Source: Nannocystales bacterium
Lineage (GTDB): Bacteria; Myxococcota_A; Polyangia; Nannocystales; Nannocystaceae
DNA length: 64,000 nt
Assembly (NCBI GenBank): GCA_050633305.1
Contig: JBOEGF010000004.1
Coordinates: 32,001 to 96,000 of the forward strand
Reading direction: 5' to 3'
The stretch's first letter is position 1; every line of letters starts with the position of its first letter. The notes under the pieces were generated by a model. It did not search any database. It was not told where the DNA came from and saw nothing but the letters and a program-made list of their open reading frames with translations. Positions 1 to 8,995 of the stretch are shown piece by piece. Made by a program: the position numbers and the translations under genes.

Positions 1-574
1 GTTCCCCGTCGATCTCCGCGTGAAACCGAAGAAGGGGGGTCGCCGTCAACGCGACGTCAGTCGGGGCGGCCTCCATCTCGGTCGCCACCATGTCGGCGAA
101 CCGCTGCCAGGCCGCGGCATCGTGCTCGGGTACCTCGATCTTATCGACGCCTTGGAGGGACGCAGGGAAGCGGGGGATAGGGGTCGGCCGAGCGCCCCAT
201 GTGCCTCTGCGGGACGGGAACCGAATCGAGAGCTGCTTCGGCGCTGTAGTGCCGTCGGAGGGGCCTGCTTTCCCTCGCAACGACCGACGCATCGAGGGGG
301 GGGGACGGGACATCACGTGGACCGGCGCGCCCAGTGCGGCTACGACGGCCGCCGTCGCGGCGTCTTCATCGAGCACGACCCCAGCGGCCTGAGCCGGCGC
401 CACCAAGTCCGAGAGCGCAAAGCGGTCGGGGCCGCCCGGCTTGGCCGCCCAGCTGGGATGGTTGAACAACATCCCGGAGGCCGCGTAGAGCAGCACCCAC
501 GGCACGAGAACGAGCCCGGTGTAGAGATGGGCCCTGCGGATCCACAACTTGACGTTGGCGGCGTTCCTCGTCAC
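1..574 (-). CDS. PepSY-associated TM helix (iron-regulated membrane) protein, truncated at window edge
   Basis: Manual translation from GTG at 574 gives ..LWIRRAHLYTGLVLVPWVLLYAASGMLFNHP.., typical of PepSY_TM N-termini. The frame is open to position 1 and is absent from the ORF track because it has no stop in the window. Confidence 0.7.
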   Translation of the reverse strand, partial: MTRNAANVKLWIRRAHLYTGLVLVPWVLLYAASGMLFNHPSWAAKPGGPDRFALSDLVAPAQAAGVVLDEDAATAAVVAALGAPVHVMSRPPPSMRRSLRGKAGPSDGTTAPKQLSIRFPSRRGTWGARPTPIPRFPASLQGVDKIEVPEHDAAAWQRFADMVATEMEAAPTDVALTATPLLRFHAEIDGE

Positions 575-588
575 GACGGATCAATTGA

Positions 589-605
589 ATGAATATGAAA
601 GTCAA
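589..605. promoter_or_regulatory. Fur/PerR-like box 1 (ATGA-N9-TCAA)
   Basis: AT-rich imperfect palindrome ATGAATATGAAAGTCAA upstream of the PepSY gene, inside a larger TTGAAT..ATTCAA inverted repeat (585-610). Confidence 0.55.
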
Positions 606-679
606 TTCAAGTTAAAGGTCTCGTCCACTGCCGAAGTTGTCTAGGAGGGGAAGCTAGTCCCATATTCTACCATTTGATG

Positions 680-707
680 TTGACTTTAGTTTTCAAGATC
701 GAATAAT
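680..707 (+). promoter_or_regulatory. Fur/PerR-like box 2 (TTGA-N9-TCAA) overlapping a sigma70-type promoter
   Basis: TTGACTTTAGTTTTCAA at 680-696; -35 TTGACT (680-685) and -10 AATAAT (702-707), 6 nt before ATG 714. Confidence 0.6.
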
Positions 708-713
708 GCGACC

Positions 714-974
714 ATGCAGAGTCAAGCGCCTCACCGCGCCAGCGACAAGACCGTTGTGGCCGAAAGCCCGATTCTCACCATCGAAGCGTGCGGGTGCGGG
801 GTGATGCACCTTCACTTCGGCCCGGTTTCGATGCGTTTCACGCAGGGGGGCCTCGAGGACATTCATCGCTCGATCACCGAGGCCCTGATCCGGGTTCAGG
901 CGCCCGCGCCTTCAACGTCGGACACCGTGACGCCGCTGTTCATGGCCGGGGGTCCTGCGCGTGGCCAAGCTTGA
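714..974 (+). CDS. Small hypothetical protein with CGCG..HxH motif
   Basis: 86-aa ORF directly after the promoter, overlapping the next gene; motif EACGCGVMHLHFG. Confidence 0.6.
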   Translation: MQSQAPHRASDKTVVAESPILTIEACGCGVMHLHFGPVSMRFTQGGLEDIHRSITEALIRVQAPAPSTSDTVTPLFMAGGPARGQA

Positions 975-1611
975 TCCGAGCACGATCGTCACCGCGTCGC
1001 AGTACGGCCGCGTTCGCAGGGACTATCGAAGGATCGTCGCGGGTCGGCGGGCACGTCGGCGTGTCCGGATGGGCGTCGTGGGCAGCTTGCAGTTCGAGAC
1101 CCCCGAGTTTGCCGTATGGCACGTGCACGAGCTGTTGCACTTCGAGGGGTGGTCACAGGAGCGGGTCGAGCGCACGCTCGAGGACGTCGAGCCCTGGGTT
1201 CCGGGCGCAGACGAACTCGTGGCAACGTTGATGGTCGACACCTCCGATGCGGCGTATGCCGAAGCCATCGGGGGTCTCCTCGCGCAGCCCGGATCGGTCG
1301 TGCTTCGCGCGGGCCGGGATGCTCTGTCGAGCGAGGTGGTCGAAGCGGGAACGCCTTCCGACCCTGTTTGGTACCTGCGCTGGCGCGTCACGCCTTGGTG
1401 GCACGCAGCGCTGAGTTCAGGAACGCTGTGCGCCCACGTTGCCTGGGATCCCACACCGATCCAGTTCCCCGCGGTCACGGCCGCAGCTCTCCGGACGGAC
1501 CTTGTCGAAACCCGAGGTGCGTCTTCCACTGTTCTCCAACGCCTCCTCGAGCGCACACAAGTCCAAGCCCATGTCCAACCCGAGAGTTCTTGTCACACAG
1601 CCCGCCCCTGA
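961..1611 (+). CDS. DUF3501-like protein
   Basis: RRRVRMG..LQFET....WHVHELL and ELVATLM motifs resemble DUF3501. Confidence 0.6.
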   Translation: MAKLDPSTIVTASQYGRVRRDYRRIVAGRRARRRVRMGVVGSLQFETPEFAVWHVHELLHFEGWSQERVERTLEDVEPWVPGADELVATLMVDTSDAAYAEAIGGLLAQPGSVVLRAGRDALSSEVVEAGTPSDPVWYLRWRVTPWWHAALSSGTLCAHVAWDPTPIQFPAVTAAALRTDLVETRGASSTVLQRLLERTQVQAHVQPESSCHTARP

Positions 1612-2182
1612 CTTCACCTGTGCCGCGGTCGGCCCGGAGGGAAACATCGTGGAGAGCCTGCGGTTCTCCGAGTTCTCCGAGGGCAGGGTGACCGCCCTGG
1701 TGTTCTACCCGCTCGACTTCACGTTCGTGTGTCCGTCAGAACTGATCGCGCTCGATCACCGCATGGAGACGCTCCGGGAGCGCAGCGTTGAAGTCCTGGC
1801 GGTGTCGATTGATTCCCAGTTCACGCACGCAGCGTGGCGGAAGACGAAGATTGAGGACGGCGGAATCGGTCCGGTTCGCTACACGATGGCCGCCGACGTC
1901 AAACACGAGATCTGTCAGGCATACGGCGTGGAGCATGGCGACGGCGTCGCGTTGCGGGCGACGTTCTTGATCGACGACAAGGGGATTGTCCGAGCGCAGC
2001 TCGTCAACGACCTGCCCCTGGGGCGCAACATGGACGAGCTCCTGCGGCTCGTCGACGCCCTTGCATTCCACGAAGAGCACGGCGAGGTCTGCCCCGCGGG
2101 TTGGCAGCGCGGTCGTGCCGGGATGGATGCAAGTACGGATGGCGTCGCCCGCTACCTTGCGAAACACGCAACGCAGCTCTAG
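1571..2182 (+). CDS. ahpC: 2-Cys peroxiredoxin (AhpC/TsaA)
   Basis: FYPLDFTFVCPSE and GEVCPAGW motifs; start placed at ATG 1571 (MSNPRVLVTQPAPDF). Confidence 0.95.
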   Translation: MSNPRVLVTQPAPDFTCAAVGPEGNIVESLRFSEFSEGRVTALVFYPLDFTFVCPSELIALDHRMETLRERSVEVLAVSIDSQFTHAAWRKTKIEDGGIGPVRYTMAADVKHEICQAYGVEHGDGVALRATFLIDDKGIVRAQLVNDLPLGRNMDELLRLVDALAFHEEHGEVCPAGWQRGRAGMDASTDGVARYLAKHATQL

Positions 2183-2248
2183 GGGCCGTCCGGGCCGCTC
2201 TCCTCGACTCCGTTCAAGCTACGCTCCTGATCCTCGACCGGTTCGGGC

Positions 2249-4018
2249 TCAGAGGCCTTCGAGGTGGGCCTCTTGCGTGATCCGTGCGTCCAGGGTCACG
2301 AGGCCGCGGGGGTCCAGCATTCGGACCGGGCCCAGGTCGACGCTGAGCACCCGCGGAGCGTGCTCGAACAGGGCGGACAGGTGCGAGAAGACGGCGGCCA
2401 GTCCCGGCACGTCCGGGTCAGTCTGCCGACGTAGCGCGGGCATCGGGGCGCGGGACAACACCGCGTGGGCAAGCGCGATCGCGTCCTCGGGCCGGAGTGG
2501 AAGCAACGCCAGCGCGGGTTCAATCGGGGCGCTGGCGCCCTCGATCCGTCCGTAGACCACGACCGAGTCGTTGGCGAGCCGCCGAGCGCCGCAGCGAATG
2601 TCGATGCCGCCGGCGACCATCTCGGCGACGACGACACCATCCACGCGCGCGGTCGGGGCGGAGCGTTCGACGTTGTCCATGATGCGGGCGTAGGCGCGGC
2701 GGACCGCGGATGCGGTCTCCAGGGAGAGCACCACACCCCCGATGTCCGTTCGACGACGAAGGTCGGGGCTGAGCACCTTGAGCACGACCGGGTAGCCGAT
2801 GCGGTCCGCGAAGCCAGCCGCACCGCTGGCGGAGTTGGCGACCGCTTGCCGGGTGACCTCGAACCCGAATCCGCGCAGGACGACCTTGCTCTCCTGATCC
2901 GTGAGGACCTCGGCGGCGTTGCGGAGGAGCTCGCGAGCTCGGGTGAGCCCATCTTCATCCGCGGGCTCGACCACGGGCAGCTCGCGCCCGAGAACCTCAT
3001 CGTGGGCCCGCGCGCGCAGCAGCGCCCGCTGGGCGAGGAAGGCTGCGGTGGGTGCCTGCAGTGGGACGGCTCCGTCGGGGGTTTGCATCCCCACGGCCGC
3101 GCCGATGATGGGGAGTGCGCGACGCGCCTGGTTCCAAAGCGCGAGCTGGTCCGCCGTCGGAGGCACGGCGCTTTGTCGATGCTCGAGACCGTCGAGCACC
3201 CCAGCGATCACTCGCGGTGCGGGAAAGACGGGCCCGGTTCGACGCTCCAGTGCATGGGCTGCGACGACGGTGAGGAGCGCGTCGTCCTCGTCGTCGTCCA
3301 CCGAAGGGGCGTCGATCCCCAGCGGGACGAGAACGACCGGAGCCTCGCGGTTGCGGATCCAGGGGATCCACGGCCCCGACAGGGCGGCGCGCTCCAGCGT
3401 GCCCGCGATGGGGATGGAGGCGAGCGAGGGGTGTTCGGCGATGCAGCAGAGCCACGGGGGGGTGGGGGCGAGACGCAGCGGCAGGTCGCGCGGGCCCAGG
3501 GCGCGGCTGATGCCTTCGAGTTCGTCGGCCGAGTGTGCGCAGGCGAGCGCCCGTGCCGTGTTGCGGCTGGCGAGGTCACCGACGCGCAGGACGGCGGCGG
3601 GCCCCAGGACGAACGTCGCCAACGACGACAGCGCGGCGGGGTCTTCGAGTTCGTGGCCGTCGCCGGTGAGGACAAGCAGCGCGGGCGGGGAAGTTCGAAG
3701 GGCGCGCAGCAGCGGCGGGGACAGCTTGCGAAGGACGACGACCGCCACCTGATCGTCGCGGATCGCTTTGGCCAGCTCGCGTTCCCGGGAGGGCTCGCCG
3801 GGTCCATCGTACCGGCTCTCCTCGACGCCAGGTCCGATGAGAACCCGGTTGTGGGCTCCGCGGGCAGGCCACAAAGACTCGACGACGACGGCCGTAGCCC
3901 TCGCCGTGTCGCTCTCGCCACCGGTGTTCAGGCCGGCGCCTGGCTCCACGGTCCCTCGCGCAGGCTGGCAATCACGTCGGGCCATCGCCCGGGCATCACC
4001 CAATCTGCGTGTTTCCAC
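2249..4018 (-). CDS. Acetate/acyl-CoA ligase-like protein with C-terminal ATP-grasp domain (start uncertain)
   Basis: C-terminal IGYPVVLKVLSPD...TDIGGVVL...VVVAEMV...LDARI is typical of ATP-grasp_5; the N-terminal part is degenerate. Confidence 0.7.
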   Translation of the reverse strand: METRRLGDARAMARRDCQPARGTVEPGAGLNTGGESDTARATAVVVESLWPARGAHNRVLIGPGVEESRYDGPGEPSRERELAKAIRDDQVAVVVLRKLSPPLLRALRTSPPALLVLTGDGHELEDPAALSSLATFVLGPAAVLRVGDLASRNTARALACAHSADELEGISRALGPRDLPLRLAPTPPWLCCIAEHPSLASIPIAGTLERAALSGPWIPWIRNREAPVVLVPLGIDAPSVDDDEDDALLTVVAAHALERRTGPVFPAPRVIAGVLDGLEHRQSAVPPTADQLALWNQARRALPIIGAAVGMQTPDGAVPLQAPTAAFLAQRALLRARAHDEVLGRELPVVEPADEDGLTRARELLRNAAEVLTDQESKVVLRGFGFEVTRQAVANSASGAAGFADRIGYPVVLKVLSPDLRRRTDIGGVVLSLETASAVRRAYARIMDNVERSAPTARVDGVVVAEMVAGGIDIRCGARRLANDSVVVYGRIEGASAPIEPALALLPLRPEDAIALAHAVLSRAPMPALRRQTDPDVPGLAAVFSHLSALFEHAPRVLSVDLGPVRMLDPRGLVTLDARITQEAHLEGL

Positions 4019-4779
4019 GCGGCGGGGACCTGGTCGGTCGGCGCCTGGGAGGTTGGCCCCGCGAGGACCAGGACACGGCCGCGATCCGTTCGGGGTTCCA
4101 GGCCGAGCGGGCTGTCTGGCGCGCGCAGAAGCAGCGTGGTGCCGCCGCGGAGGTGGGGGCCGTCGTCCAGCGTGCTCGGCTCGGCTCCCAGACCCCGGAG
4201 CGCGGTCGTGACGACGGGGTCGAGGTTTTCTGGCGCCACATAGCCCAGCGGCGCGGCGCCGAGGTCGAAGACCGGGAGGTCGGGTCGTTCGGCGCCGTCG
4301 TCCGAGGCACGGACGAACTCCGGCAACGGCGCAACATCGACGTCACCTTCGAACTCCGGGTCGAGCTCGGCGTTGAATCGGTGCCACGGCTTCACGCCCG
4401 CGACGACGGCGGTCAGCGCGTCGGCGGCGGCGAAGGGGGGGCTGCGCCGCTCGATCCAACGAGGGACCGCGGCACCCAGCTCGAGCTCTGCGGCCGTTGC
4501 GAGCCCGGCTGGGGTGAATGGGACGAGCACGTGAACGGGGTTGAGCCGCTCGCAGAGATTGCGCAGTCCGTTGGGCCCACCAAACTGCAGCACGTCGGCA
4601 CCGAACCGGGCAGCTGCGGCGACGATGCTTCGGTCCGCTTCGCCTGCATCGCCCACGCACAGTCCGGTCACGGAGGCACCTCGCGCTGATCCGATGTCGC
4701 GCGCCCAACACAGCGCCACGGCGCTTGCGGGGTGCAGACCTTGGGCCGTGCGCTGCAGGTGGACCGCAATGTGGGCCAT
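3928..4779 (-). CDS. Hypothetical protein, N-terminus reminiscent of ETF/adenine-nucleotide alpha-hydrolase fold
   Basis: 283-aa ORF coupled to the upstream gene by a TAATG overlap; ..LHPASAVAL..AR...VTGLCVG..AARFGAD.. resembles an ETF N-domain. Confidence 0.5.
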   Translation of the reverse strand: MAHIAVHLQRTAQGLHPASAVALCWARDIGSARGASVTGLCVGDAGEADRSIVAAAARFGADVLQFGGPNGLRNLCERLNPVHVLVPFTPAGLATAAELELGAAVPRWIERRSPPFAAADALTAVVAGVKPWHRFNAELDPEFEGDVDVAPLPEFVRASDDGAERPDLPVFDLGAAPLGYVAPENLDPVVTTALRGLGAEPSTLDDGPHLRGGTTLLLRAPDSPLGLEPRTDRGRVLVLAGPTSQAPTDQVPAAWKHADWVMPGRWPDVIASLREGPWSQAPA

Positions 4780-5291
4780 TAGGACAGCCCGTACTTGTTC
4801 TTCACCGCTTCGAGTTGCTTCTGGTACTCGATCTCGAACGAGTCGGTGCCTTCGGACAGGTGCTTGATGTGCCGGCGAACCTCACGATCGAGGTCGTCGT
4901 CGGCCTGCATGTGTCGACGCAGCACCTCCTTGAGCATGCGGCGGAGCTGAGCGTCGTCGGCGAAGATCTCTTCGACGAATTGGCTTCGCATGAACAACTC
5001 GACGAGCTGGTTGGCGATCCAGTTGATCGACTCGTCGCCGATGCCGAAGTCCTCGCGCTCGGCGAGCTGGCGTTTGGTGCGAAAGAGGTCCGAGTACGGG
5101 AGGCCGCGACGTTCAAGGGTGTCCTTGGCGGTCTCGGTCAACTCTCGGTCCTTACGCAGGTACTCCCGGAGGATGGACTCGACGTCTCGCTTGAACTCCT
5201 CGCGGTCGTTCGTCTCGATGTGGCCCGGTTCGACGAGGGACCGAGAGACAGCATCGGTGATATGCGAGATCTTGCTGGCGTACAGGCGCAT
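4779..5291 (-). CDS. DUF507 family protein
   Basis: MRLYASKI.. and DDDLDREVRRHIK...EIEYQK patterns; start at ATG 5291. Confidence 0.75.
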   Translation of the reverse strand: MRLYASKISHITDAVSRSLVEPGHIETNDREEFKRDVESILREYLRKDRELTETAKDTLERRGLPYSDLFRTKRQLAEREDFGIGDESINWIANQLVELFMRSQFVEEIFADDAQLRRMLKEVLRRHMQADDDLDREVRRHIKHLSEGTDSFEIEYQKQLEAVKNKYGLS

Positions 5292-5365
5292 GGGAGGATC
5301 GCCCGGAGCATAGAGGGAGGCGACCGGGGCCGTCAAAAGGTGCTCCCAGAGGTACGCTGGCCGGC

Positions 5366-5818
5366 ATGGCAGAGGCATCCCCGAGGCTCCTCGTCGCTGC
5401 GGGCCTGGTCTGGCTCAGTCCCGGGCGCGTGCTCTTGCAGCGCCGTTCTGACCACGCTGCGCACGGAGCGGGGTGCCTGGAGTTTCCGGGGGGGAAGGTC
5501 GAGCGGGGGGAGGCCCCGGTGCGGGCTCTCGCGCGGGAGTTGGTGGAAGAGTGGGGGCCGCGCGCGTCGGAGCTCGCGGTCGGGCCGATCGCAGAGGTCC
5601 TTCACCACGTCTACCCGCCGCCGGGACCCGAGGTGGTGCTGTTGGTGTTCCACGTTGACGGGGCGGCCTGGGCGGAGCACGAAGGAGGCGAGGCCGAGCT
5701 CGAGCCGGGCGCCACCGTGTGCGCCCATGACTGTGGTGCGCTCCCGATCGAGGCGTTCTTGGAAGCTGACCAGCCGTTTGCCGCAGCGATTGCGCGGGGC
5801 GAGCTTCGGCGTCCCTGA
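5366..5818 (+). CDS. NUDIX hydrolase (MutT-like)
   Basis: Nudix box EFPGGKVERGEAPVRALARELVEEWG; FLEAD near the C-terminus. Confidence 0.9.
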   Translation: MAEASPRLLVAAGLVWLSPGRVLLQRRSDHAAHGAGCLEFPGGKVERGEAPVRALARELVEEWGPRASELAVGPIAEVLHHVYPPPGPEVVLLVFHVDGAAWAEHEGGEAELEPGATVCAHDCGALPIEAFLEADQPFAAAIARGELRRP

Positions 5819-5861
5819 GCGCGCGTGACCCGGCTGGGCCGCCTGGTATCCTCGGTGTCGG

Positions 5862-7631
5862 ATGATGGGGATGCGTTGGATGTGGTTGGGTGTCGCCGGG
5901 CTGGCGGTCGCTTGTGAGGGAGGCTCGAGCGGGACCGGGACATCGGTGGGCACCTTGGGCGGACTGACGACGGTGGGAGGCGGGACCGACACCGATGCGA
6001 GTACCGGGCCGACCGCCGGGACCTCGGGAGTCTCGCAGACCTCGGGAAGCACAGCTCCCACCGGGGTCGCAGACACAGGCACCGACAGCTGCATTTGCGA
6101 GCCGGGCGAGGCCATCGGTTGTGTGGGCACCGCGGTCGAGGTCTGTGCGGACGACTGCCTCAGTACCCGCGAGGAATCCTGTGTCGTGCCCGAAGAGTGT
6201 GTCGGTGGGACGTGTCAGCTGGTGGGCTGCATGCCTGGCAGCACCCAGTGTGCTCCGGACGGGTCCGGCGTTCAGACGTGTGACGGCTTCGCGGAGTGGG
6301 GACCGGGCGTTCCGTGCCCCGCAGCCGAGGAGTGTTACGGCGGCGCCTGTGTCTCGCTGTGTGACCTCGCCGCTGCGACGCCGTCTTCGCAAGGTTGCTC
6401 GTTCCGCGCGAACAACATGCAGACCTACAGCCAGTTCACGGAACCGTCTGCGCTCGTCGTTGGGAACACCTCCGAAGTCCTCACGGCGCAGCTGCAGATG
6501 TATCTGGTCCAGGCGGGTGCTGAAGTGGCGCAGGGAGGCCCCGTCTCGCTCGCGCCCGGCGCCACCCACACCTTCACGTTGACGCAGGCGAAGATGGGGC
6601 TGGGCAGCGTGCTGCGCTCAGGCGGCTCGTACCGGCTCGAAAGCGACGTGCCAGTGATCGCGTACCAGCACTCCCCCGTGGGGGCGCAGGCGGACAACGA
6701 CGCCTCCATGATCCTCCCGGACAACGCGGCGGGCGATGAGTTTCTGATCTCGAGCTACACGCCCAACATCCCCGGCGACCCGTCGTACTTCAACGTCATC
6801 GCCCTCGACGACGCCACGCTCGTGCAGTGGACGCCTCCAGTTGCGACCCCGGCGGGCACTGGCGTGCCGGCGGTTGCCGCCAATGCGACGGGCATGGTCA
6901 CGATGAACGCCGGCGACACACTTCAGGTCGCCGTGTACGCCGACCTGACGGGCACGCGCGTGACCTCCGACAACCCGGTCTGGGTGGTGGGGGCGATGAC
7001 CTGCGTCCAGGTTCCCACCGGGGTCACCGCGTGTGACCACCTGGAAGAACAACAGATCCCGCTCGAGTACTGGGGCGAGGAATACGTCGCCGCGCATGCT
7101 CCTGCGCGGGGCAGCGAGGACTACCACTGGCGCGTGTTTGCCGGGGACGACGGGGTGCTGATCTCCACCGACCCCGTACTGCCAGGATTCCCAACGACGC
7201 TCAACGACGGGGAGTGGTTCGAGTTCACCTCGACCGACAGCTTCGTCATGACCGCGGACGGTCCGTTCATGCCGGTGCAGTACATCGAGAGTCAAAGCGG
7301 AGGGGCAGGGACGGGCGACCCCGCGATGGTGCAGATGGTCCCGGTCGAGCAGTTCCTCGATCGGTACGCCTTCGTCACCGGCACCGGCTACGACGTCCAC
7401 TACGTGCAGATCACCCGCGACCTCGGGGGCGCCGACGTGTTGGTCGACGGTGTGGTGGTCGATGGGTACTACACGGTGGGCAGCTACGAGGTCGCCGACT
7501 GGCCGATCTCCGAAGGATCACACCTCGCGCAGAGCGACGACTCGTTCGGCATCATGTCCGTGGGGTACACCGGGTTCACCTCGTACGCGTATCCTGGCGG
7601 CCTCGAACTCGAGGTGATTAATCCTGGGTAG
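5862..7631 (+). CDS. Lipoprotein with Thr/Ser linker, Cys-rich repeats and IgGFc-binding (FCGBP N-terminal-like) domain
   Basis: Lipobox LAVAC; DASMILP, CDHLEEQQIP..WG, GDPAM...VP.EQF and SYAYPGG motifs. Confidence 0.85.
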   Translation: MMGMRWMWLGVAGLAVACEGGSSGTGTSVGTLGGLTTVGGGTDTDASTGPTAGTSGVSQTSGSTAPTGVADTGTDSCICEPGEAIGCVGTAVEVCADDCLSTREESCVVPEECVGGTCQLVGCMPGSTQCAPDGSGVQTCDGFAEWGPGVPCPAAEECYGGACVSLCDLAAATPSSQGCSFRANNMQTYSQFTEPSALVVGNTSEVLTAQLQMYLVQAGAEVAQGGPVSLAPGATHTFTLTQAKMGLGSVLRSGGSYRLESDVPVIAYQHSPVGAQADNDASMILPDNAAGDEFLISSYTPNIPGDPSYFNVIALDDATLVQWTPPVATPAGTGVPAVAANATGMVTMNAGDTLQVAVYADLTGTRVTSDNPVWVVGAMTCVQVPTGVTACDHLEEQQIPLEYWGEEYVAAHAPARGSEDYHWRVFAGDDGVLISTDPVLPGFPTTLNDGEWFEFTSTDSFVMTADGPFMPVQYIESQSGGAGTGDPAMVQMVPVEQFLDRYAFVTGTGYDVHYVQITRDLGGADVLVDGVVVDGYYTVGSYEVADWPISEGSHLAQSDDSFGIMSVGYTGFTSYAYPGGLELEVINPG

Positions 7632-7633
7632 TG

Positions 7634-7657
7634 GTAGGGGCCTTTCGGAAAGGCCCC
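7634..7657. terminator. GC hairpin (GTAG-preceded, REP-like) between convergent genes
   Basis: GTAG followed by GGGGCCTTT-CGG-AAAGGCCCC stem immediately after the stop at 7631. Confidence 0.55.
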
Positions 7658-7706
7658 CCGCTGCGGCGGTGTAGCCGCCTTCGCTCCCCCCAAACGGGCG
7701 CCCGAT

Positions 7707-7835
7707 CGGGCTTGGATGGCGTCCGGGTAGGCGGTGGTTCCGGTGGGCGCACTGTCGGGCTGGGTTGGCGTCCGAGGAGGAGGTTCCGGCGGGCGGCGTG
7801 TCGGGTTGGGTTGGCACCCACGGGGCTGGGTTAGC
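7707..7835. repeat. Degenerate ~46-49 bp tandem repeat (about 2.5 copies)
   Basis: Units begin CGGGCTTGGATGGCGTCCG (7707), CGGGCTGGGTTGGCGTCCG (7756) and CGGGTTGGGTTGGC (7802); the first two share GGTTCCGGYGGGCG. Confidence 0.55.
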
Positions 7836-8388
7836 GGCCGGACCAGGTTCGTTTGCGGCCGGTGTCGATGTGCACGAAGCCGCTGCTGCGGTACACGCCG
7901 ACGCCTCCGTCGTGGGTTCGCAGCAGCCACGGGTACAGCTCCTTGACGGAGACTCCGGCCAGGTTGAAGTCGATGGCGTGGCCGAGCGTGTGCTGGCTTC
8001 TCTTGGCGACCTCGCGGCCCTTCTTGCGCAGCATCTTGTTGTATTTGGGGTGCCGGAATCCGCTGACGATGCGGACGTGTCGGGAGTCGAAGTTGTGGGC
8101 AGCCGCAAGGATGCGATCGACCAGCTCGGGCGGGACGGCCTCCGGGGACTCCTGCGTAAACCAGCACCGTAGGAAACGGTCACGAGCGTCGGCGCTGAGG
8201 CCTGGGCCCTCCAGCGGCATGACCTCGTGCGTGTGCAGGTTCCGCGCGTAGACGATTTTGGCGGTTTCGGTCGTCGCGGGTTGCTCGCGCCCGAATTGCG
8301 CTTTCGCGGCCATGAACTGGGCCTTCTTTGACGGCTGGGCCTCGGGGGCGCCAAGCATCGCAAGCAGGCCGAGCGTCAGGGCAAACAC
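7831..8388 (-). CDS. YcbK/DUF882 peptidase M15A family protein
   Basis: IVSGFR...N..L, SQHTLGHAIDF and GVGVYRSSGFVHIDTG motifs; signal-like N-terminus from GTG 8388. Confidence 0.9.
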   Translation of the reverse strand: MFALTLGLLAMLGAPEAQPSKKAQFMAAKAQFGREQPATTETAKIVYARNLHTHEVMPLEGPGLSADARDRFLRCWFTQESPEAVPPELVDRILAAAHNFDSRHVRIVSGFRHPKYNKMLRKKGREVAKRSQHTLGHAIDFNLAGVSVKELYPWLLRTHDGGVGVYRSSGFVHIDTGRKRTWSGR

Positions 8389-8527
8389 ACGACGACGGTA
8401 CCAGCACCAACGGCCCGTGGAAGGGCTGACCGGCACGCTTGGACGATCGTCGTGTCCGCGCCAGCCAAGCCGCCGGGAAACAGGCGCAGGACGAACGATT
8501 CACCTGCCGCCGGGCTGGGTCGTCGGC

Positions 8528-8995
8528 TCACTCTCCCGTTTTGGGAGCGCCGAAGCGTTCCACTTCCACATAGCCCTCGCCCTCGCGGCGAAACAGCACG
8601 GCGCCACCGATGCCATCTTCCTGGGCGTCGATCACCAAGTAGTCGACGGGCAGGCCTGCGGAGAGGGCGGCGGAGGTGTCTTCTCCGGAGAAGTACGCTC
8701 CGACCCGCGGGTGCGAGTGATAGATGATCGTGGCCGGGTCGTCGGACTCGAAGCTTCGGGTGAGGTCGAGAAGCTCTCGGCCACCGATGTTGTAGCCATT
8801 CTCAGCCGTCCGCGGATGGTCCTTGGGGCTGAAGGCGTGCAGCTGGTCTTGGCGGTTCTTGCACTGCACCACCCGCGCATCAGCACCCCGGCCGTGAATG
8901 TAGCCGCAGCACTCTTTGGGAAACTCGGCCTGCGCTTGTGCGTAGATGGACTCGAGGTGTGCCTCAAGCAGGGAAGGGGTGTCGTTACCAGACAT
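8528..8995 (-). CDS. mec: JAMM/MPN+ metallopeptidase (Mec-like, CysO-cysteine peptidase)
   Basis: PKECCG...YHSHP....FS.ED JAMM motif; last gene of the sulfur-carrier operon. Confidence 0.85.
   Translation of the reverse strand: MSGNDTPSLLEAHLESIYAQAQAEFPKECCGYIHGRGADARVVQCKNRQDQLHAFSPKDHPRTAENGYNIGGRELLDLTRSFESDDPATIIYHSHPRVGAYFSGEDTSAALSAGLPVDYLVIDAQEDGIGGAVLFRREGEGYVEVERFGAPKTGE

Noticed and set aside
2465..4243. Long antisense ORFs (also 8946-10277, 24124-25884, 25785-27524, 41069-42619 and others)
   Set aside because: Shadow frames opposite recognisable genes, expected from stop-codon scarcity at high GC.
7707..7835. CRISPR array
   Set aside because: Units are degenerate and contiguous, with no unique spacers and no cas genes.
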